Of a stretch of 64,000 bases of DNA, positions 36,327 through 45,057 are shown one piece after another; the first letter of the stretch is position 1, and each line of letters begins with the position of its first letter. Origin of the DNA: an uncultured Acidobacteriota bacterium (GTDB lineage Bacteria; Acidobacteriota; UBA6911); contig CAYYTC010000002.1 of assembly GCA_964474425.1 (NCBI GenBank), forward strand, positions 39,859-103,858, written 5' to 3'. The notes under the pieces are model-generated. The model had not been told where the DNA came from and searched no databases. It saw only the letters and a list, made by a program, of their open reading frames with translations. A program made the translations under genes and the position numbers.

Positions 36327-36521
36327 ATGATCGGCAAAGAACGATGGGTTGAAATTATGCAGGCAGCAGGCCTGGACGATCGAGATCTGCGCAACTGGCA
36401 TGAGCAATTCGAGAAACTGGAGCCCGGCGCGCACCAGGAATTTCTCGAGTTCCTGGGCATTGAAGCCGCCGAAATCAAAAAAATACGCGAATGGAGCCGC
36501 GGCGCCAGCCCATCCCGTTAA
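36327..36521 (+). CDS. small hypothetical protein (64 aa)
   Basis: GAGGAG lies 6 nt before ATG 36327. It is helical and charged (ERWVEIMQAAGLDDRDLRNWHEQFEKLEP...). No family recognised. Confidence 0.45.
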   Translation: MIGKERWVEIMQAAGLDDRDLRNWHEQFEKLEPGAHQEFLEFLGIEAAEIKKIREWSRGASPSR

Positions 36522-36777
36522 CGAGCCCGGGGACACGAAATTTACGAATGCCCCAAAATGAATGGTGGGCCGTTTGTATATTTCGCGTTCCCGCAGGCTT
36601 GCAGCTCATACCCAACACACCCTATCCATTTTCCCAACAATAAAAAGGCCTTCTTCCCTGTCTTCTGGCGTATAGTCGAAGCACCCGCTGATTTCATTTG
36701 CAGTCCGCGGATAAGACCTATTCTGCTCGAGGACAGAAGCACTATGTCCTGCATGTGGTCCAAACAGGAGCGAAGAA

Positions 36778-38517
36778 ATGAGCCAAAACTGGCGGGAGCT
36801 CATCAGTCAACCCAAGTACGGCATCAAAACCGAAAAGGATGTTTTTGCGCCCATGCGGGACGGAATTCGCTTGTGCGTGAATATCTACCGTCCTGACGCA
36901 GCCGGGAAATTCCCTGCATTGCTGGCCATGGGCGGGTACGGCAAGGAATTGCAGGAACTGCTGATCCCGCCGCAGCCGCTTTCCAAAAGCGCCGTCTGGG
37001 ATGGAAACATCGAGGCCGGGGATACACCGGACATCGTGCCCCGCGGTTACGTCCATGGAATCGCCGACGCGCGCGGGACAGGCAAATCCGAGGGGGAATT
37101 CCCAGGCATGTGGTCCTCACAGGAAGGCCGCGACGGCCACGATCTGGTCGAGTGGATCGCGCAGCAGCCCTGGTGTGACGGGAACGTGGGAATGATCGGC
37201 TACTCGTACTATGGCTGCCTCCAGCTGAAAGTGGCGATCGAGCAGCCGCCGCACCTGAAGGCAATTTTTGTTTCCCACCTGGTCAACGATTTCTACCGCG
37301 ACGGCGTGTACGGCGGGGGTGCGCTCGGCCTGTTTTACTACGGGATCTGGGACGGCCGGCACGGCACGAGCGGCTTTGCTCCCAAAAACGCTCCGGTGCT
37401 TTCCATGAAGGAATTTTCCGGCGAGGAATTCGAGCGCAGGCGCCAGGCTCTGTTGAACGACCCGGACATCCGGCACTATCCCAATATCTACCATCTGCTG
37501 AACTATCCCCAGAAAAATCCGTGGGTCTTCGACATGCTCCTGCATCCTTTGGACGGCCCGTTCTGGCGGGACCGGTCCATTTATCCCTATTTTGACAGAA
37601 TAAAGATACCCGTGTACGTGGTCGGCAAAGCCGCCCACGGCGCCGGCGCTTTCTGGGATATTTACAGCGGCATTCAATCGACCAAAAAGCTGCTGGTCAA
37701 ACCTTTTGGGCCGGAGGAGAGGCCGTGGCGCGAGGATACCGAACTCATCATCCGCTGGTACGATCATTGGCTGAAGGGCTTGGACACCGGAATAATGAAC
37801 GGACCGCCCATTCATATGTTTGTCCAGGGAATCAACCGGTGGCGCGATGAGACGGAGTGGCCCCTCCCTGGAACCGAGTGGGTTAAATGCTACCTCCGCC
37901 GATGGGAGAACCTGTCTTTCGCCCCTGAGCGTTATCAGAATCACCCGGACTGCTTCCTTCAGCAGCCGCTCTACCTGTCCAACAAGCGAGACTCCGTCAA
38001 GTATGTTAGCGCACCCATGCCTGAGGATTTAACGGTTATCGGGCCATCGGCATTCAACTTTTACGCTTCTATCGACACCGACGATACCAACTGGATCATC
38101 AAACTAAGCGATGTGGCTCCGGGCGGCGCGGAGACGCCTCTGGCCAAGGGCATCCTGAAAGCTTCGCATCGCGCCCTGGACCGGGAAAAATCCAGGCCCT
38201 ATGCCCCCTATCACACACACGTCCAATCGGATCCGGTCGTGCCAGGCGAGATCAACGAGTACAATGTAAGTCTGGGCAAGACAACCAATGTCTTCAGGGG
38301 AGGCCACCGCATCAAACTCGAAATACTGAGTCTGGAGTCTCCCAGGGATCCTGAGATGCAGATTCATTATCACCCGACGCTGCCCAGCAGCAGGACCACC
38401 CTGCACAAAATTTACCGCAATAAGGAGTACCCTTCGCACCTCGTGCTCCCAATCGTGGGCAGGAAGGACAGCGTGATGGAATACCTGAGCGACGAGAATA
38501 TGGTGGGGGCGCTTTAG
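36778..38517 (+). CDS. CocE/NonD-family (X-Pro dipeptidyl-peptidase S15-like) hydrolase
   Basis: 579 aa containing VFAPMRDGIRLCVNIYRP, GTGKSEGEF, the nucleophile region GMIGYSYYG, and a C-terminal beta-sandwich region. Confidence 0.85.
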   Translation: MSQNWRELISQPKYGIKTEKDVFAPMRDGIRLCVNIYRPDAAGKFPALLAMGGYGKELQELLIPPQPLSKSAVWDGNIEAGDTPDIVPRGYVHGIADARGTGKSEGEFPGMWSSQEGRDGHDLVEWIAQQPWCDGNVGMIGYSYYGCLQLKVAIEQPPHLKAIFVSHLVNDFYRDGVYGGGALGLFYYGIWDGRHGTSGFAPKNAPVLSMKEFSGEEFERRRQALLNDPDIRHYPNIYHLLNYPQKNPWVFDMLLHPLDGPFWRDRSIYPYFDRIKIPVYVVGKAAHGAGAFWDIYSGIQSTKKLLVKPFGPEERPWREDTELIIRWYDHWLKGLDTGIMNGPPIHMFVQGINRWRDETEWPLPGTEWVKCYLRRWENLSFAPERYQNHPDCFLQQPLYLSNKRDSVKYVSAPMPEDLTVIGPSAFNFYASIDTDDTNWIIKLSDVAPGGAETPLAKGILKASHRALDREKSRPYAPYHTHVQSDPVVPGEINEYNVSLGKTTNVFRGGHRIKLEILSLESPRDPEMQIHYHPTLPSSRTTLHKIYRNKEYPSHLVLPIVGRKDSVMEYLSDENMVGAL

Positions 38518-38589
38518 AAGATTGGATATGATGGATTTCCGGGCGGCCTCCCGTACGTCCCTGCCAAGCCGTCGTCACCCTGCAGCTGA

Positions 38590-38860
38590 GCCGGCTCAAC
38601 AGTTTCGGGCCCTTGAAAAGGGCCTGATCAGAACCGATTACAGACAATATCCGTTCTGTACGAGATACAGATTTTTAAAGCACTGGGAACCGCAGAATGC
38701 AGGATCCAGAATGATGGATTTCGAAGTCCGGTTCTGACTTCTGCGGTTCGACATTCGATATTCGCTATTTCTTCCGGTTGCTGAAAAAAGCCGGGATAAA
38801 GGCATGCTTCCTCATCTGTGCCGCTTATCCTGCCCCGCCGGCGGAGCCGGGAGATCTCGC
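38590..38860 (+). repeat. interspersed repeat family, copy 2 (boundaries approximate)
   Basis: AACCGCAGAA (38688-38697) pairs with TTCTGCGGTT (38739-38748). It also has ttcgacattcgatattcg, GCATGCTTC (38802-) and CCGGCGGAGCCGGGAGATCTCGC (38838-38860), all colinear with copies 1 and 3. Confidence 0.75.
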
Positions 38861-38879
38861 AACGGCCCGGGACACGGGT

Positions 38880-39593
38880 CTATTTCGACGATGGCGGTAG
38901 TCTCTTGGGCCTGGGTTTTCCCTTTTCCGAGGAGCCGTCCGAATCAATAAAGATGTATTTGCTTCTCATATCGGCGGGCACAAGGTCTCTGAGGGCCGTT
39001 TCGACAATCTTGGTTGCGTACTGCGCCTGGATGAATATGAATGGCCTCGTCACTTTCGTCACGGTAAAGGGACAATGGATAAAATCGGGTGGAATATAGA
39101 TGAGGGCCGGCTTTGAGACCACATGCTTTTCCATCTCCGGTCCCATACAAACGAAAAATTCGGCACCCAGTTCCTGCGGATGATTGATATCGGTGCCCAG
39201 AGCAACCAAAACCTCCGGATCCCTATGCTTGTGAGGACCATGCCCGGCAATCTTGGTTGCGCTTTCACCCATCAGCATGGCGGAAAAGAAGTGGCACCCC
39301 TCGATGATGTCGCCGTCGCAAAAGACGAGGAACATATTCTTGGCCGCGCCGAAGCCTATCTCCAATTCCTCAGGCCTGAGCTCGGTCGTGAAGTATTTTC
39401 GATACTTCAGCTCCCCCGCCTGCGGAGCAGCGGGTTGGACAAGCGGGCCCGGCGCCGCGATCAACTGGTCGCTTGGGGGCTTGAGGGCTGCGCCCAAGGC
39501 GCCGGCAAACGCCGCGCCGGCCGCGCCGACAGCCACATCCTTGACAAATCCTCTCCGCGATGTGCTTCTCTTATCAATCCTGATGAGACTCAT
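38880..39593 (-). CDS. Tat-signal exported protein with a His-rich cupin-like core
   Basis: 237 aa. SRRGFVKDVAVGAAGAAFAGALG is a twin-arginine signal, and GHGPHKHRDPEVLV...IPPDFIHCP follows. It is a paralogue of the partial gene at 1-348. Confidence 0.7.
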   Translation of the reverse strand: MSLIRIDKRSTSRRGFVKDVAVGAAGAAFAGALGAALKPPSDQLIAAPGPLVQPAAPQAGELKYRKYFTTELRPEELEIGFGAAKNMFLVFCDGDIIEGCHFFSAMLMGESATKIAGHGPHKHRDPEVLVALGTDINHPQELGAEFFVCMGPEMEKHVVSKPALIYIPPDFIHCPFTVTKVTRPFIFIQAQYATKIVETALRDLVPADMRSKYIFIDSDGSSEKGKPRPKRLPPSSK

Positions 39594-39787
39594 TGATTTT
39601 CTCCTTTACCGATGGATATTTGAGTTTCCTTCCTGGTGTTTCGCGCGAATTCCTGGATAATGACGGCATGATATCCCATCTTCCCGCGTTATTCACCCAC
39701 TATCGAACATAAGCTCGCCTCCTTAAAAGATACAGAGAGATTAAAGGCAGGAAGCCGGGAGCCGGACATCCCCATATTTTGCGGGAC

Positions 39788-40852
39788 TCAACAACCGCTT
39801 TTGGGAGGCTCCTCATGGATATGGATGGTTCGCGTCGGAAAGGGTATTTCGATATTGTCCTGTCGCAGGCGGGCCAAAATCCGCTTGCGCAGTTCATGCT
39901 GAACCCGGTATTGATCGGCAAATTCCCCTATCTGGCATATAAGCGAAAAATCCAGGGAAGAATCGCCAAAGCCGGGATTGAACCGCACCACAGGAGCGGG
40001 GTCCGCCAGCAGGCCTGGAATCTCCGGCGTGGCCTTCTGGATCACCTCCATCAGAATTTGTTCGATGCGATCCGGATCGCTGTCATAGCCGACCGACACG
40101 CGGATGGAGAGGCTGATACGCTTTTCAGGCAGATGATAATTCGTGACAATGGCCTGGGCCAGTTTGAGGTTCGGGATAATGATGAGATTGTTCGCAAGCG
40201 CCTTTATGGTGGTCGCGCGCCAGCCGATGTCCGCCACGTGGCCCTCCTCCCCGCTGCTGAGCTTGATATAGTCCCCCGGACGCACATAGCCGGAGAGGCT
40301 GATATGGAAGCCGGCGAAGAAATTCGCCAGCGTATCCTGAAGGCCCAGCGCCACGGCAAGGCCGCCTACGCCTAATGCCGTCAGCAGGGGAGTGATCGAA
40401 ATCCCGAGAAAATTCAGGATAATGAGGATTCCGATGACGACCACCGTAACCTGGGCCAGGTTCTGGGTCAGGCTTGTTACCGGGAGCGTTCCCTGCATCC
40501 GCTTCCCGTATACCCGGACAATTCCTCCGGCTATCTTGGAGCCGGCTGCCGTCATGGAGATAATCATCAGGAAAAGCAGTATCCTGGTAATGAGATTACT
40601 GGTTTTGGCCGGCATCGGCGAGACCTGGGCCGCCAGGTGTATTCCCAGCATCAGGACCCATATCATAAAAGGCCCTTTGATCGCGTGAACGATGATGTCG
40701 TCGAATTGCCCTGTGGTTTTTCTCGCCCACCGCGCCAGGGACGCGAAGAGCAGGCGCCTGGCCCCATAACCCGCAATCAGGGTGACAAACAGGGCGAGCA
40801 CGGGCGGCAGCAATTGATACCCGTAGGTCTGCAGAAGCTTAATCAGGTTCAT
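39788..40852 (-). CDS. mechanosensitive ion channel (MscS family)
   Basis: 354 aa with multiple N-terminal TM helices and the MscS core LGVGGLAVALGLQDTLANFFAGFHISLSGYVRPGDYI. Confidence 0.9.
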   Translation of the reverse strand: MNLIKLLQTYGYQLLPPVLALFVTLIAGYGARRLLFASLARWARKTTGQFDDIIVHAIKGPFMIWVLMLGIHLAAQVSPMPAKTSNLITRILLFLMIISMTAAGSKIAGGIVRVYGKRMQGTLPVTSLTQNLAQVTVVVIGILIILNFLGISITPLLTALGVGGLAVALGLQDTLANFFAGFHISLSGYVRPGDYIKLSSGEEGHVADIGWRATTIKALANNLIIIPNLKLAQAIVTNYHLPEKRISLSIRVSVGYDSDPDRIEQILMEVIQKATPEIPGLLADPAPVVRFNPGFGDSSLDFSLICQIGEFADQYRVQHELRKRILARLRQDNIEIPFPTRTIHIHEEPPKSGC

Positions 40853-41017
40853 GAGTCTTCCTCACATCAGAAATCCCTCGAGGGACGCTAAAAGCCGATA
40901 CAGGCAATGGATCATTATATGGATTCGAGATCCGAGATTAAAAACAAAAGGATCGGGGCCCCTTCACCGGTATTCGATCAAAAATCGGGCGCCTTGCTCC
41001 CTGGTGGCGCAGGGGGG

Positions 41018-41812
41018 CTAACCCCCCGTATCCTTCCACCTTTCCAGGAGACCGAGGCGCCGGAATTCCTGTTTGCAGCGCCGGGTGAGGTCCGTCATCA
41101 TGGCCGGCCGGTACCGGTGATCGAACACATAACCTTTCAGCTTTAAAATCATGAAGGGCGACTCGGTATAGGCATCTTGCAGAACCACGGCTCTGCGGCG
41201 TCTGAGAAGAACATAGGGGCAGGTCACCAGCGCATCGTTGCCGATGCGGATTGCCAAATCAGGATCTGTGCTCGGCGGAAGATACAATTCTGTAGATACC
41301 AGGCACTCGGGAACTCCGGCGTTGTCATTAAAAGAAAAGGAGTCGAGGATGCGGGAGTTGGGGATAGTAACCAGCGTGTCGTCGGGTGTCATCATCTTCG
41401 TGCTGCGAAGCCCGATCCGCATGATCTCCCCATCGGCGTCGCCAATTTTCACACGGTCTCCTATCTGGTAGGGACGGTCGGCGACGATGACGAATCCCCC
41501 GATGAGGTTCTTGATCAGGTCCTGCGCTCCCAAACCGATCGCGATCGCCGCCGAGCCGATTGCGGCGAGGAAGGCATCCTGAGATGGGGCCAGAAGGCTG
41601 ATCGCAAACAGGATCGCCGCAAACCAGGATAGAATGCGCAGCGCAGGCTCTATCATCCGGACGATGAAACGCGCGCGCGGTCTGGCCTGCGCCAGTGAGG
41701 CGAACATGCGGCTCAAGTAATGAAGGATTACCCATACCGCGCCGAATACGGCCAGAACCAGCAGGAGGTTGCCCGGGGTCAAAGTGGTAAGTATTTGAGG
41801 TCCGTTTGCCAT
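41018..41812 (-). CDS. small MscS-family mechanosensitive channel
   Basis: 264 aa containing IGSAAIAIGLGAQDLIKNLIGGFVIVADRPYQIGDRVKIGD. The start is 9 nt after the stop of the NTPase gene (GAGAGGA SD). Confidence 0.85.
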   Translation of the reverse strand: MANGPQILTTLTPGNLLLVLAVFGAVWVILHYLSRMFASLAQARPRARFIVRMIEPALRILSWFAAILFAISLLAPSQDAFLAAIGSAAIAIGLGAQDLIKNLIGGFVIVADRPYQIGDRVKIGDADGEIMRIGLRSTKMMTPDDTLVTIPNSRILDSFSFNDNAGVPECLVSTELYLPPSTDPDLAIRIGNDALVTCPYVLLRRRRAVVLQDAYTESPFMILKLKGYVFDHRYRPAMMTDLTRRCKQEFRRLGLLERWKDTGG

Positions 41813-41821
41813 CGCATCCTC

Positions 41822-44335
41822 TCAAATCATATTCAGGCGTTGCAGGAGGTCGTTGACGAAAAGCTGCGCTTCCGGCCGGACGCGCAAGCCGGAGTGATCC
41901 GGGTCGGGCGCAACCAGATCCAGCGCAGCCAGGCGTTCGAGGCGGAGGCGGCTTGAAGAGGCCGGCTCCAACAGCACAAGGGACAATTCCTCCGCGGTCA
42001 ACGAGCCGTGTTGCTGGATCGATAGGAGTGAGAAATGATCCATCTGATTCATCTCGCGGCGCAGGGGACCGAAATCGGGCGCCAGAGGCTGTTTCATTTC
42101 GACTTTGCCGGCTTCCACGCGCTGGATGGAAGACTGCCACAGTTCAAACGCCGACCGGAATATGCCGCCGGACTGTTCGTATAGTGAATCAAAGAACATC
42201 TCCTCCGGATCGTCCTCGATCCCGATGAAGCTGCGTACGCGGTTGATGCGAGGATCGCCGGGAGGCGGGGGCGCAAAGCTCACCCGGAGGCCAGACAGGT
42301 TGTGGCGCTGCAGAATAGCCTTTACGAGGTCGCCTCGCTGGACACTCATGGCATTGATCCGGTGGGAAAAGGAAGTTCCGAATCCGACGGCCTGATCGAG
42401 CAACTGGAACGCGAAATCGTTCAGGGCGAGAATCCAAAAAGCCGCAGATGCCGTGGACTGGATCAGTTCCAGCAGGCGGCGAACGGCGTCGAAGCCGCCA
42501 ATGGTTTTGAGAAACGTCCGCTCGATTTCCTCAAGGATAACTATCCGGCGGGATCCTCCCAATCCTTCCACGAAAGTGTCCATCCGGTCTGGTTCCGTGA
42601 TGCGATCGGAAAACTGAGCCTGAACGACGGTTTCGCCGCCCAAAAGACTCGATATGGCGCAGTTCAGCAGGCTCGTTTTGCCGCTGCCTCTCGCCCCGAT
42701 CAGAAGGCAGGCTGCCGATTCCCCGGCGCGCCAGGCTTCAAACGCCTGCTGAAAGCCCAGCATTTCTTCGTCCCTGCCCACAAGAAATCGCGGATCCTGC
42801 ACGGGGCTGAGGCGGAAAAGCCGCCGATAGAGGGCCGGCAGCTGTTGTGCCGCCGCTTCAAGGTCCATTGCCTCTCGCAGCTGCATCCGGTGGACGACAG
42901 GCGGCAATGGCGGCCGCTTCGGCAGCCTCCAACCGAGTTTGATCTGTAAAGCTTCCACCCATCGGGAAGCGGCCGAACCGACACAGGCAGCAGCACGAGA
43001 GGCGACCCTGCGGATGAACAGCCATGAAAGCTCGTAGACGCGGCGGCCCTGCCGCCTGGTCACAAGAGCCAAAAATCCGGCACGGCCCAGTTCGAGCACT
43101 CCGCTGGCTTCCCGTCCGGCAGCAAGCAAGGACGCTCTTGCGGAATCTTCCAGACCGGCGGCTTCTGCCGGCGTGGATCGGTCGCATTGTTCGAGCAGGG
43201 TCTTCGCGTTGTTGAGAGCTTCACCCAGCAGGTTTTCCCCTGTATCCCCCGCTCCCTGCGCGTAGAGAATAACCTCGTTGGCGCGCTCCATATCCCGGGC
43301 GATTGCCAGGTTCTGCTCGATCGCATTCCCAAGACCGGCAGCCAGCGCCGGCCGGGTCGAGGCGCGCAATGCGTTCCAATAAGCGGAACGCGGTTCGATG
43401 GTGCGCCAGCGATTCCAGAATGATGGGAGGGCACTGCGCGGCTCGGTGACCTCGACCTGTTCGGGCAGAAAGGTCTGGAGCGTTTTGTCAATTCGAGCCT
43501 GCCAAACATCCAGCCTCTCTTCAAGGCTGACAATTCGGGCATCGGTATCGGGAGGATTATAGGCGCCTCCCGCCCAGGCGCCCAGATACTCAGCCTGCCA
43601 GCGGAGAGCCCGGTGCAGATCTTCCCGCTCCAACCGCACGTCATTCAGGGTGCCGGCAGTTATGTTGAGGGTCTCCAGAGTCATCCGTACGAGTTGCGCC
43701 TCCAGTTCAAGGCTGTCTGCGACCGCCCGCTGGCGTCGCCACCAGAAAGCCAAATGGCACTGATGTATTTCTTCCTGTCTTCGAGTAGGTTTGACTTTAG
43801 GAGCTTTGGCGGCATTTTTCTCGAACCAGGACCGATACCGGGAAATCACCTGCTCCGCGGCTCGCCGGTCGCGATCCAGCGCAGTCACCCAGTCGGCCCA
43901 TTCGCCCCTCCGCGAAAGGATCCTGTTCCTGTACTGAAACGGCTGTTGCCTGAGATTTCTATACAGGATCCATGGATCACACAGGCGGAGGCTGGCACGA
44001 GCCAAAAGCAGGTGCATCTGGCCGTCGATGCCCGCCCGCCGGAGTGCCATCGGAACACCCGCGGCGCTGTCAAATTCTTCCTGAGAAGCCAAAGCGCGTT
44101 GTGCAGGACGGCGGCGCCTGTACTGGGCATAAAAATCCAGGTAGAGGCCCCGGCCGGCTTCGGAAAGGCTCTGAATTTCGTCGCGGAAAGATCCGCCCGT
44201 CTGCAGTCTGTCAAGGTGCTGCAGAAATGCTTGACGCAGTGCTTCCAGCAGCGCTGCCAAATCAGCCCATGCAGCAGACTGCTCCTCCAAAAACCACCGG
44301 CTTCGGTCGGCGGCTGGCTCCGTGACTTCCGGCAT
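41822..44335 (-). CDS. large P-loop NTPase (about 837 aa) with a long helical N-terminal region and a C-terminal winged-helix-like tail; function unknown
   Basis: The track ORF extends to a TTG at 44458. ATG 44335 has GGGAG 9 nt upstream. Features are FLVGRDEEM, Walker A LIGARGSGKTSLLN, a Walker B-like RRIVILEEIE, and a C-terminal LSIQQHGSLTAEELSLVL...RLERLAALDLV. Confidence 0.8.
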   Translation of the reverse strand: MPEVTEPAADRSRWFLEEQSAAWADLAALLEALRQAFLQHLDRLQTGGSFRDEIQSLSEAGRGLYLDFYAQYRRRRPAQRALASQEEFDSAAGVPMALRRAGIDGQMHLLLARASLRLCDPWILYRNLRQQPFQYRNRILSRRGEWADWVTALDRDRRAAEQVISRYRSWFEKNAAKAPKVKPTRRQEEIHQCHLAFWWRRQRAVADSLELEAQLVRMTLETLNITAGTLNDVRLEREDLHRALRWQAEYLGAWAGGAYNPPDTDARIVSLEERLDVWQARIDKTLQTFLPEQVEVTEPRSALPSFWNRWRTIEPRSAYWNALRASTRPALAAGLGNAIEQNLAIARDMERANEVILYAQGAGDTGENLLGEALNNAKTLLEQCDRSTPAEAAGLEDSARASLLAAGREASGVLELGRAGFLALVTRRQGRRVYELSWLFIRRVASRAAACVGSAASRWVEALQIKLGWRLPKRPPLPPVVHRMQLREAMDLEAAAQQLPALYRRLFRLSPVQDPRFLVGRDEEMLGFQQAFEAWRAGESAACLLIGARGSGKTSLLNCAISSLLGGETVVQAQFSDRITEPDRMDTFVEGLGGSRRIVILEEIERTFLKTIGGFDAVRRLLELIQSTASAAFWILALNDFAFQLLDQAVGFGTSFSHRINAMSVQRGDLVKAILQRHNLSGLRVSFAPPPPGDPRINRVRSFIGIEDDPEEMFFDSLYEQSGGIFRSAFELWQSSIQRVEAGKVEMKQPLAPDFGPLRREMNQMDHFSLLSIQQHGSLTAEELSLVLLEPASSSRLRLERLAALDLVAPDPDHSGLRVRPEAQLFVNDLLQRLNMI

Positions 44336-45057
44336 AGAGGTGGCTCCCAAATCCTGGATAGTCTGTAAAAATTGGCGATTTGTTACAAAATCCAATTTAT
44401 CCGACGCATCGGCCCCGGTGAGAGGCTCTGATGTGCTGGCCCGCGGATTGTTCCGCAATCCTGTGTTCGCCGGCCACGCGAATTATATACTGGAACCGGC
44501 AGGTAAGTCATTGCCGGGAGGCATCGGTCCGCTTCGGGTGCCCAAACGGAATAACTCTTCAATGCTTTGAGACTCTACCGCACCTAAGGCTTTCTCCGGC
44601 TTTCAAAGCCGGATTTGTGCGCCAGGGGCGGCCCGCAAGATTGTGCCCGCAGTTTTGCCTGAATCCCCATGATTTTGCATTGACAATGTTTGGCCGCTAG
44701 ATTATCAAACTAATACCCGGCGCCATGCGCCCGGATGGCTTTACTCACTGTTCATTTCTGGATGGGCTGGGCTTCTGTTGCGAATCATTGATGTTTTTTC
44801 CAAATTGCAATCATCCGGCATTCAATCAGGCAGGCAGTGTGTGGCAGGAGCCCGTTCAATCGGGAGGGTCGCGGTTTGATACATTTTGCTGCCGTTTCAA
44901 TCCATGAACCGCGGATCGAGAGCCCCTGGCGGACAAAAGCTCATGGCTCATTCGGCGGCCGGCCGCGGCGCGGGATGCGTCCGGCGGAGTTGTCCTATCA
45001 ATCCCGGCTTTCTGCCGCCTCCGCCGGCAGAAAGCTCGATCGAGCAAGGTTTGGTCC

